Part shown: positions 27,301 to 39,300 of the stretch, one piece after another
How positions within the stretch are numbered: the stretch's first letter is position 1
How the letters are laid out: every line of letters begins with the position of its first letter
Origin: Haliotis rubra
Taxonomy: Eukaryota
DNA: 64,000 bases
Assembly: GCF_003918875.1 (NCBI RefSeq)
Contig: NW_025766991.1
Location: 2,914,001 to 2,978,000, forward strand
Reading direction: 5' to 3'
Position numbers and translations under genes: made by a program
The notes under the pieces: model-generated
The model's input: only the letters and a program-made list of their open reading frames with translations
The model's database searches: none
Told to the model about the DNA's origin: nothing

Positions 27301-30300
27301 GAGAAAGAAAATAAAGGAAGGAAGGAGGGAAGAAAGAGGGGAGAGAGAGGGGAGGTCACCCATTTTGTTCTGGGGAGCTGGGGGTCAGCAATTTTGTACA
27401 CATGTACTTGGGGGTGGGGGTGTCAGCAATTTTGTTATTAAAAATTATGCTTAGAAATTATTGAAAGGTAACCCTTGTCCGATGGAAGCCCAAATATTAA
27501 TAAAGTCTGTTTGGGGTCCATCTGGACCCCAAACCGCTAAGGGTCCGCAAATTGTAGTTCATGGGGTTTCTGGCGCCACATTTTACATCGGGAATCATGG
27601 AGGCTGCACTGCGATCAGCGTTTACTTCTGAGAGGTAAATATAACAATTTCACTATGTAATAAATTCACTATGCAATATAAACTCGTGACGTGCTTTATA
27701 GCAAATATATGGTTGACAGATCAATGTCTATTTCTTTCTTTCATAGTCTCAATTGCCCTGTTGGACTGGAACACATCGTGTTCCACACAGGGAAAAAGCG
27801 GAAGGATGTGTATCGAGCATTGTATGGTGCGCTTGTGGTAAGTATGTTAAACCATAAATAATTTCAGTTTCATCATTGTCGTTTTCATGTAGTACTTTTC
27901 ATACACTGATTTGTAAGACAAGAAACTGCAAAAAAGTTATTCAGACACTGTAAACAGTTGGGTTTTTTATGTGTGCAGTATGGAGAGAAGCTGGCACCCC
28001 CGGGAACCACCTTGGTCTATCCGACTGCTGTGCGGGAGGCAGTGAGGGGTCGTTTCCCGGAGGAAACTTCAGGAAAATACGATGACCAATACCTTACCAA
28101 GGTAAGTATGTATACATTTGCGTCTGCGCATGTAATCCATTTCATAATGCTTTTCTAATATAAAGTTACGTCATGTATGATATTGACATTGTTCAATAAC
28201 TTAATTGATGTTTGATCTCTTTATTCGTACACGATATGTAGAACACTGATTCACACAAAAATAACTTTATTTCTCACCTTATAAAAAAAAGTAATACATC
28301 GGTACAATGTACTGTGTGAAGGAATAGGTACCAACAAATGAATGCTTATATGGGAATGATTCTATTTGCAGGGTCGCCATGTCACATTGGCAGAGATAGC
28401 ATCATTGAAATTGAGGGTCCCCCAAACCTGTGCCAAGTGTCGGGCAACAAGACCAGCCAAACCAGAAAGAACCAGATCTTCCACTGCCCCATACTGAGGA
28501 TACTTGTGCTGAAGAACACACTTTCTTACTACATACATTGTATTAAACTCAATTTCACAAAGAATGTGTTACTCAGTTACTAACTTTGCATTACGCAAAC
28601 TAAATTAGAACAGAAAAACATGAATGATTACCATGTATGACGTATCAGGACAGTTAAAAGTGTAACGAAATACAACATTGTTCAGTAGTGTCAACATTCA
28701 CTATTGACTCGAGCCCATGTCTGAAACGAAAAATTGTTACTTCCAGCACTGAGTTATTATTGAGCGCAGTCATGACACACAAACCGTCCATGTTGTGGAC
28801 ATGTTGGTTTCATGCACTTGGTGCAGCATGTTTTCACCTTCCTATCACTGCTTCTGGGACAAGAATGACAGCGTCTTTTCTTTGCCGGTGGACTTGCTTC
28901 ACTGCTTGTTGTACGTACTTCAGCTGTGTAACCAGCATTTGCAAAGTCACATCGAAGTTGCTCCCGGGTGTTTGATGCCATCCGTCTTTGAATGTTTGGT
29001 CCTGTTAGTGCCTCGCCCAGTTCCAAAAGGAAATGTCGGCGCCTTGTTCTCTGTTTGTTCTGCCACAGTGGATTCTTTCCCAGCCAGATGATATAGGCAG
29101 CAATGGCAGCTATGTCGACCATATTCATGAAATACACAACAGGCCATCTGTTGGTTTTTCTCTTGACACTATATCGGTGTGCAAGCTGGTCTAGGGAATC
29201 CACACCACCTTTTGTTTCATTGTAGAACAGAATCATTTCAGGCTTGTGATTCTTGTCGACAATGACATCAGGAGAGCTATGCATGGTTGAGAGCAAAATG
29301 ACAGCTTTGGACTTCTTTGGTACATACGACACCATAGTTGCAGTTTCCCGAAAGCCGAAAATGGATGATTCCACTTCTCGTGCACGTTTTGGTAGAAATT
29401 CAGCTGGAACAAATGTTCTGTTTGAACGCACCGTTCCAACAAGAGTAAGTTGATCCTTCTGAAGGTTCAGAGCCAGATTCAGAGAAGTGAAATAGTTGTC
29501 CATTGTAATATTTCTTCCAGAACGGGCATAAGGTCGTGCCAGATCCATGACGACCTTTTCTCCAAGACCAACTTGCACTCTACCAGCCTCCTTTCCAATA
29601 TAGGGGTACGCCTTCAGTGGGTAGAACGTTTTGGCATCAACGATCCAAAATATTTTGAGTCCATATTTGTCTGGCTTTGAGGGAATATATTGCTTGAAGC
29701 CGCATCTTCCCCTAAAGGGCACCAATTGTTCATCTACTGTGAGATACGCACCTGGAGAATAAAAGCGTTGAAGTCGGGCATTGAATGTATCAAACACTTT
29801 ACGAATCGGGGCCAGTTTATCACGTTCTTGTCTCTGGGATCGTTCGGCTTTGTCATCAAATCTGAGATACGTCATCAGGTGTTGAAACCGCTCCCTGGAC
29901 ATGGTTGACCGTACTTGTGATAATCCATATTTGGTGCTCCACAGCATCTCTGTACTCTGATTGTTGTTGTGGGTAACACCAGCGATAATCCATATCCCAA
30001 TCAGTGCTGTGACTTCAATACCATCTGTTTGCTTCCACTGTGTGCCAAGCTTAGTTTCAGCGAACTGATTTGTCCATTTGACAATATCGTCAACAATTTC
30101 AGGACAGACATACAAACTGAAGGCTTCCATTGGATTTTGAAAATCTCCATTGACATTGGTGACCTTTCCATTCAGCTGGCGAATAATATTTCTCTGAGGC
30201 GTTCGAGCTAATGACATTGGGTGCTTGAACCACTGTGTTCCATCACGGCTGCAATAACTGTCAGGAGCTTGTCTTCGCACATCAGTCTCATTGTCTGAGC

Positions 30301-33300
30301 TGGAAGTACTCTCAATCTCTAAGTCACAGTCAGAATCTGTGCTTTCAGATGCTTCAGATGGTTGATAATCTTCATCAGATCCATCATCACTTTCATCAGT
30401 GTCATCACCACCAAGTTCCTGTTGCATAAGTTCAAATAAGTTTTGATAGTCCATTTAGAACGTGCTCTAGGCCCACAAGTCAGAGAAGACTTGGAAGGGT
30501 TCAATGAATCTGATTGCCTTGAACAATTCTGAATGCTGGTCAAAGATTTGTCAGTGGGGTCTGCACGGGCCCCATCAGTCCCCAGTAGGGTTTGTGCAAT
30601 AACACATCTAATACTTTATGATGGAAATTGTTTCTGAATCTTAAACCTGATTTAAAGAAAGAAAAATGGTAAATTGAAGATTACCTAATGTCCCATTAAG
30701 ATATTTTACCACTGACTGATTCTATCACAATATTTATAGTCTTGGGGTCCGTATGGACCCCGCTCCATCGGACTAGGGTTAATTGAGTCTGACCACCCGA
30801 TTCCATTAGTCGCCTCTTACGAAAAGCATGGGTAGCTGAAGACCAATTCTAACCTGATCTTCACAGGTAACTAGTTTCAGATTTAGCACGCCCGTGGGGA
30901 TTCTAGAAAATAATATGGGTCCCCAAAACCTATCCTTGTCATAAGGTGACTACATGGATCAGGTTGATTGCATGTCTTTGTATCTCAATTTGGTGTTTTC
31001 AAAACATCCCAACTTTGGATGCACTATATCACTGGATTATCTGGTCCAGACATAAATAATTAGACAGCCATCTAACAGCTGGAACACTGTGGTGTGTTCA
31101 ACAACCAACCAACCAATGAGATAAGCTATCTAGAAGTTGAAGTTGTTGTTATCAATAAATAACGATAGAAACTCACTGAAACTGTCAGGAGAACCCATGG
31201 AGGAGAACACACAGGTCAGGAAGTCTAGCCTCACGCCCGTCTCATCCTTGTGGCTGTACCTGGGGGGAAAGGCAACGTTTCTTTACAACTAAAACAGAGT
31301 GCTCCTTCCCTTATGGCCCTCTCGGACATTGTCACCAATGTTTCAAATATTTAACAATACCTTAAGTAACACATAACTGCATCAATCCACCTGCAACAAA
31401 GAGCTTAATTCCTATCATAAAAGTACAGTCAAACAGCATTGTGTTGAAGTTAAAGGGCCTAAGTAAATACTTCAAGTTATCCCAAGTTTGACACAAACAT
31501 AAAATGATGACTAAATCATGAATATTTCAGGCATCCAAAAGTTGACATGTCATAATTTTGACACAGGGTGTTAGACTGCAATTGGGTGATCTATTTTGTA
31601 TATGTAATGCTAATACACAGCTCATAAAAAGCTCTATAGGTACTACAGTCATCCTTGCCATAACAAGGGTCTTGGGGTAAATGGATGACCTCCCACTCGC
31701 CCACCCACCCCATCCCCAGCATTATGACTGACTGACATTTACGCCGCTTTTAGCAATATTCCAGCAACATCACGGCGGGGACACCAGAAATGGGCTTCAC
31801 ACATAGTACCCATGTGGGGATTCGAACCCGGGTCTTCGGCGTGACGAGCCAACGCTTTAACCACTAGGCTACCCCACCGCCCCCCCAGCATTATGAGACA
31901 CAGGCATCATACATAACACAGAGTAAAGGCCAAGCATTGCCATTTTGCTAATTTACAACACAACAGCGGACGATAACATTAAGATGCATGATTGCTGGTG
32001 AACTTTTTTTTATGGGAGCAACAGATTACCTCACGGTTTAACCAAAAACGTGGTATCGCAGAGGGCGTTATTGTGAGGGATGACTGTATATGGGGAGTGA
32101 CTGAGCTTAGTTGTACGCTGCTTTTAGCAATATTCCCATAATATCACGACAGAGGACACCAGAAATGGGTTTCACACATTGTACCCATGTGGGGATTCGA
32201 ACCCTTTAACAACAAGGATACCCAACCATCCTGACTGTATATGGACCATAACAAAATACTTCATAGATCCCTTACCAAAGCAGGCTTTACCTACTCACAA
32301 TGACAGCAAGTAAAGTGGCAGTATATGCATGTTTGTTCCTCATAATATTCCCATGACAACTTACAGGGAGTTTGACCTGTTCCTCCTGTTCTCAGTGTAA
32401 TACACTAGATCCCGGAAGTAATGCTTCATCATGCCAAGATTGTTCTCTGACCACCTGTAAAATCAAAACAGTCACGGTACATATATCTAGTTGTGGTTTC
32501 ACATATTGTCTCTATACCATTGTTTGTTTGTTTTGTTCTTGTTTAACGCCACACTCAGCAATATTCCAGCTAAATGGCGGCAGTCAGTAAATAAAAATTG
32601 ATCCTGGACCAGACAACCCAGTGATTAACATCATGAGCATCAATCTATGCAATTGGGATACGACATGTGTCAACTATGTCAGCAAGCCTGACCAGCCATT
32701 CCCGTCAGTTGCCTCTTACGACCAATTCTAACACAGATCTTCATGGGTCCCTTCCATACCAAGCAATGTAACAGTTCGTAAGGTTAAGATCTGAGATCTC
32801 TCTATTATTCTTTTCATTTCAAGTGATGCATCCAAGATTATACTGTGTCATACATGCACTGGGGGGTGGTGGGGGTAGTTTTGGACTTTCTTGTTTCATT
32901 GTATCAGCCGATTCAGACACCACGCCCTGGGGTGGAAATAACTTTAAAATTGCTAATGTACACCGGTACAGTGACACATGTAAAATCACTTGCCCTGATA
33001 ATTTTCCACTGTACCGCCGGTTCTTATTCATTTTCAAATAAACAACAGCTTAACATTGAAAGTCAACTGACACTGGTACAGTTTGATATACAAATTTTTT
33101 TGCCCGATTCCAGAAAAACACTGGACTTGGACGCCGGGCAATGGGCTTCACACATTGTGCCATGTTCACAGGATTCAACTTCGGTTTTTCGCTGACGAGC
33201 CTATAACTGTTGGAAGTCCACGCTACAGTATAGGAAGTAAGACAGTCATAGCGCTACGACAGCTTTATGAAACGGGGCCCTGTCGTTGTTTTATCTCCTC

Positions 33301-36300
33301 CATAGAGAGTGAGTGAGTGAGTGAGTGAGTGAGTGAGTGAGTGAGTGAGTGAGTGAGTGAGTGAACGTTTATCGTCACATCGGCAATATTTCAGCCATAT
33401 CGTGACTCCATAGAGAGTGCGAGGCAGGGTAACAACAAGCACATCCCTTACACCTTTTGGTATGACGCAGCCAACTGATCCAACCACCAACCTTCTGTGC
33501 AGACACTTGTTGGATTGTAACTAACAGAGGAAACATGTTGCCATGCCAACCACATACTCACATGGTGACGGCATGAGTGTCCGCCCCACTCCGGTACTGC
33601 TGGAAGGAGTTGAAGATCTTGGGCAGGAGTCGCAGGGACACCACAACTGACCTGACAAACAGGATGACAGTTCAAACATTTCATAAGAGGATTTGGTCAC
33701 AAACATGAAGAAGAAAAATAACACTTAGAGAATACTCCACACATAGTTCATCATAAGCATAATGGGAAAATAATCTGAATTTAAAGTTTTTATTTTAAGG
33801 GTGTGAGTGTGTTAGTTGCTTAAGGTCATCTGCAATATTCCATAAACATGTAAACAATAGAGTCTGGACTGGACAATACAGTGATTCCTAAAGTAAGTAA
33901 TGGTCCATGTTATCAGGCTTCGATGATGGTCAACAGTCAGAAGGTTTGACAATCCAATCCATTTGGATGCATTTTTGCTGCTGTAGAAAGATTGTCATCC
34001 CTAATTCTCAGGGGTGTTTTGTTTTAAAAAGATACCATGATATGAGAGAGCTTTGTGATACTCGAAGTGGCAACCATTAATGAGTGAGTGAGTGAGTTAA
34101 AATTAAAGTCACTTTGGCAATATTTCAGCCATATCGTGACTAAAACAACATATATATTAACAATAATTAGAGATAGAGTATAAAATCCTGTCAACAAAGG
34201 ACAGTAAAACAACTAGAATATCACAGATATAAATGTAAAACTAGTAATTAAATCGAAAACATTTTAACTATAGAGGACAACACAATACAACCATTAATGA
34301 AAGAAGTCAGGTATAAGGTATGGAATGAATACAAAAGGCAAGAGGACAAAACATTTTAAAATGTGACATACTTGTGTGAGGCCAGGTTATCTATGCAGGC
34401 TTCTATAAATTTAGTCTTGATCCTCTTGTCGGTGGAGAAACACACAAGGTTGTGGAGGGCCTTCTCTGCTCCCAACAGTAGTCCGTCTGGCAACAGGTGC
34501 TGCAGGAAGTAAAATGTGTATCATAACACAAGGCAGGGATTTCCACGTAATATACTATCTTGATTGTCGTTAACATCAAAGTTACATTTAGAAGGGTGAA
34601 GTGCTGCAACAAATGATGCTGATTGATGTGTGCATGACTGACTGACTGACTGAGTTTGGTTTTACGCCGCTTTCAGCAATATTCCAGCAACATCACGGCG
34701 GGGGACACCAGAAATGGGCTTCACACATTGTGCCCATGTGGGGATTCGAACCCAGGTCTTCGGCGTGACGAGCCAACGCTTTACCATTAGGCTACCCCAT
34801 CACCCCGATGTGTGCATGAGCTTGTCATGAAGTACCACCGTCGTAATCTGTGAATCTGCTTAAACTAGTGAGACTTACTGCCACATCTTCCTGTACAATG
34901 TCCCACAGCAATGTGGTACCCTTCTTGCACACATCGTCAATGGTGAACTCAGGACAGCTCTGCAGCCCGGCATCTCGCTGGGTTGGTCGGTGGTGTATCA
35001 CAGCTGGAAGGAATTTTACAGGGAGTAGGAGGATGTTCTTATAAACAGCTGTCATCAAGTTTACAGCTTTATCATGGTGCTTTTTCTGAAGTACCAGGTA
35101 CACGAGTGGCATGATGGCAGGTGGTACAGATAGAGGACTCAAGCAAAGGAAGGTGGTACAGATAAAGGACTCACATGGAGGAAGGTGGTACAGATAGAGA
35201 CTCACATGGAGGAAGGTGGTACAGACAAAGGACTCAAACAAAGGAAGGTGGTACAGACAAAGGACTCACATGGAGGAAGGTGGTACAAATAAAGGACTCA
35301 ATGGAGGAAGGTGGTACAGATAAAGGACTCACATGGAGGAAGGTGGTACAGATAGGGGACTCACATGGAGGAAGGTGGTACAGATAAAGGACTCACATGG
35401 AGGAAGGTGGTACAGATAGGGGACTCACATGGAGGAAGGTGGTACAGATAAAGGACTCACATGGAGGAAGGTGGTACAGATAAAGGACTCACATGGAGGA
35501 AGGTGGTACAGATAAAGGACTCACATGGAGGAAGGTGGTACAAATAAAGGACTCACATGGAGGAAGGTGGTACAGATAAAGGACTCAAACAAGGAAGGTG
35601 GTACAGATAGGGGACTCACATGGAGGAAGGTGGTACAGATAAAGGACTCACATGGAGGAAGGTGGTACAGATAGGGGACTCACATGGAGGAAGGTGGTAC
35701 AGATAGGGGACTCACATGGAGGAAGGTGGTACAGATAGGGGACTCACATGGAGGAAGGTGGTACAGATAAAGGACTCACATGGAGGAAGGTGGTACAGAT
35801 AAAGGACTCACATGGAGGAAGGTGGTACAGATAAAGGACTCACATGGAGGAAGGTGGTACAAATAAAGGGACTCACAGTGGTGAGGATGGTGGGCACAGG
35901 TAAAGGACACATGGAGGAAGGTGGTACATAAAGGACTCACATGGAAAGGGGATACAGACAAGAGACTCCGCATGGAGTTAAGGGTACAGATAGGGACTTA
36001 CATGGACAAAGGTGGTACATATAGTCAAGGAGCTTATGGGATTCCGAGGAAGGTCACCAGATCTTTTAGTTTGATTTTAGTCTTAAATTTACATTAAAGA
36101 GTCACTTTTAGCTCTAAAAGTTATAATGATGAATAAAAACACCCATTTCTTCACAAGGCATATATTTTGTATAGAACAAGTACAATATGAAAAATGAATA
36201 TACTTTTACCCTGTTTATCAACTGTAGAAGAGGTCTTTACATGAAACTGCGTAATCCAGAAATATACTCTTCAAAAAAAAAAACGCGACTAGCCATTTTT

Positions 36301-39300
36301 AGATCTAATTTCTTGCATTAGTTTAAGAGCTATTATTTCATGTAATCCCAATGGTAAAAGGTGAAAATTCAAACGCCTACAGACAAAGCCTTTACTGTTG
36401 TGTTTCTGTTTGCTTTGAGTCCTCAATATGGCGCCAAAGTCAGTTCTTTGTATGGCCACCATTGGCAGCAATTACTGCTCGGCACCGCCTCGGCACAGAT
36501 TGGATAAGTTGACAAAGTAGCTATTATCATTGCAGGCTTAATTTCAATTTCCATTTTGACAACAAGGATAACCATGACACTAAACTAATAATTAATCTCC
36601 TTGAAGTCCACAACTGTGTACAACTTGTGTCAGAGGTGCCACAGAGGTGGGACACACTCTGACTGGATAGTTACACATGCTTCAGACGCCGCTTGTCAGT
36701 TGTGTACCTGTATAGGATCTACAGCCTCTGACCATTTCCATATCTTTGTGAGCTTGGACCTCTCAATACCCAGTCCAAATGTTAAGATTACTCGCTGTAG
36801 GAACATGCGCTTCCTGGATATGGATACTGTTAAAGACAATTTGCTAAACTCAGACCTTATACTTGAGCCATCATCTGATGCCGAGTGTCTTGTTCTGCTA
36901 TACAACAGAGTTCTATCTGAGCTGCTATATAGACAAACATGCACCAGTTAAGGACAGAGTCATATCAGTGACTAAAACATCTGCTTGGGACTTCACACCT
37001 GAAGTTCGACAAGCTTTGAAAAAAGACAAGAGGAAAGCAGAACGTTAGATGGAAAACAATCTTTCCTGGAAATTCATTGCCAAATGTATATTTCAGCCAA
37101 AAAATCACTCAACAACGGTCATCAGACAAATCAACATCTCAATTCTAAGATTGAAGCCAACGAGTCAAGTCCAAAGTTGCTGTTCAAAGTTTTGTTCAGT
37201 ATCTTGAGTAAACACTTTGAATCGACACTTCTGACATCTGATGACAATGAAGTAATAGCACAGACATTTTCGGATTATTTCTACAAAAAGATCCAAGAAC
37301 ATTCATGACAAGATTTCGCCTTTCATGGCTGTGGATGAAGCTGATATTCCTCCAAAAATGTTTGATGGCATGCCTCTTACTCATATTGATAGTTTCAATT
37401 GACATTTACCAACACTAGTCACTGTGTGTCACAGACCAACTCCAATGCATACAGAATTTAGCTGCTCGTGATTACCTCCCCAGATCACTCACACAGAAAA
37501 AGCACATCACACCAACACTAAAGGACCGCCATTGGCTGCCCGTGAAACAAAGTATCTCCTTCAAACTATCATGTCTCGTGATACCACTGCATGACTAACA
37601 CGGCTCCAGTCTAACTCTCGGATCTTCTTTCAGGCTTATGAACCATCTAGATCTCTCAGATCAGGGAATCAACACCTTCTTGTTATCCCCTAAAAGTAAA
37701 ACAAGCTTCCCAAATATGGACACCGTGTCTTCTCCTATCCCTGTTGATAAAAAAAATTTCTCCCCACATTTATTTGTATATCTTTTTTTTTCAAAGATTA
37801 TAACCATTTTAGAAAGTTATTCGATCTGATGACTTGAAAATTATTTCAAGGGATTTAATAGAGAGAGTGTGAAGCAGAAAATAGTGTTTTCTCCCCATCA
37901 TTTCATTATATTCTTTATCTATTTTCCAAGAACTCTGCTTTTAGAAGAAAACTTCTGCCGCATAAATAAGAAATTGATAAATCATAATCTGATATTGACA
38001 TACTACATTTTGAAATAAGGATTGCTCCTTTACTGACAAAAATAAACATCTCTGGTACATGCTGTACCCATCCTACCAGACTAATATATAGGACTCACAT
38101 GGAGGAAGGTGGTACATGGATGCCATGTTGGTAAGGTGCTGCATCTGACTAGCGTTGAAGTGGGCGTGGGCATTGATCTGGGCCAGTTCCTCCTCACTAA
38201 GACCCTCCTCCCCATCAAAATCGGCCATGTTCTTGTCAGACTTGGCACTCATGTGGGAACTATGGCAACTGCCATCATCCGGACTCAGGATGTCCTCAGT
38301 GAACTCCCTGGAAGAAAGCAACAAGAATCATCAGAAGATGACAAATCCCCCCAGGCCCCACATATTTGAAAGAACATCTGACAGTTACCTAAAATCCAAC
38401 TTGATATTATTTAGACTAAGTCCATATCATTTCCATGGAAATCATGAAAATATAAATGCCAAAAGTCTGTAAACAGCAAAAGGCTCCACTTTGGGATCTG
38501 CCTCATATATCTGCCAAGTTTTGCTCCAAGATATCAAAAGGTTTTCGAGCTGTGCTCCAGAAACGAAGCTCACCTCTCCCTTTTGAGACCAAGTCCGAAT
38601 CCTTTCATGGAAACCGGGAAAAGTAAAAATGCCAAAAATCTGTTAATAGCAAAGGCACCACTTCAAGAACTGTCTCATATATCAGCCAAGTTCTGTTGGA
38701 AAATATTGAATGGCTTTTGAGTTATGCGCATCAATCCATGGGCCACCGATACAGTGAATCGATACATAATTTTACATTGTCGTATGTCCCGATATGATAC
38801 TTTAAATGGGCCATGATACATCAATGTTTTACTTTGAATATCGCCGAATCGCGATATCTGTCAAGAAAGAATTGGTGCAAGTCGAAACATTGATTACACA
38901 ACAGTGTCGTTTCCTGCTGACTGGGTTCCGTCCTATTGCGCAACTTAGTACAATAACCAGTCCAGAATTTTGAGACCAATTCATCCAACTGGATACATAA
39001 ATATTAATCAGTATTATTTGATACATCTAAGCACTTGTATATTGCAACACTACGCTCCTTCTAATCCTTGCAAACACGCCTTACAGCGTGCTCCGTCGTA
39101 CAGCGTGCTCTGACAAACGGAAATCTGGAAATCATGGAAATCTCAAAACGAGGCTCTGCCGCTAGAAAAGTTTGGCAGTCTGGTACGGACTTGATATTAT
39201 ATCAATCACATTGTGCGTCACAAAACTACACTGAATAAGCGCAAAGAACACATAACAGGTATAACCAGTGAGCCAGATGAATTGTGAATCATTTTACGAC

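Larger units (their letters stand above)
27472..30778 (-). mobile_element. Full-length piggyBac DNA transposon (3307 bp) in a USP34 intron
   Basis: 15-bp TIRs cccttgtccgatgga (27472-27486) and tccatcggactaggg (30764-30778), 1 mismatch. TTAA on the right (30779-30782), GTAA on the left. Subterminal palindromes ggggtcc-N5/6-ggacccc at both ends. Encodes an intact transposase. Confidence 0.95.

Noticed and set aside
28338-28583. 81-aa ORF in the piggyBac as a standalone gene
   Set aside because: It overlaps ORF2 exon 4 in a different frame; splice phase from exon 3 selects the GRHVTL... frame.
30454-31259. In-frame USP34-transposase fusion like CSB-PGBD3
   Set aside because: A TAA immediately precedes the transposase ATG, and the strong acceptor at 30646 is out of phase with exon 21.
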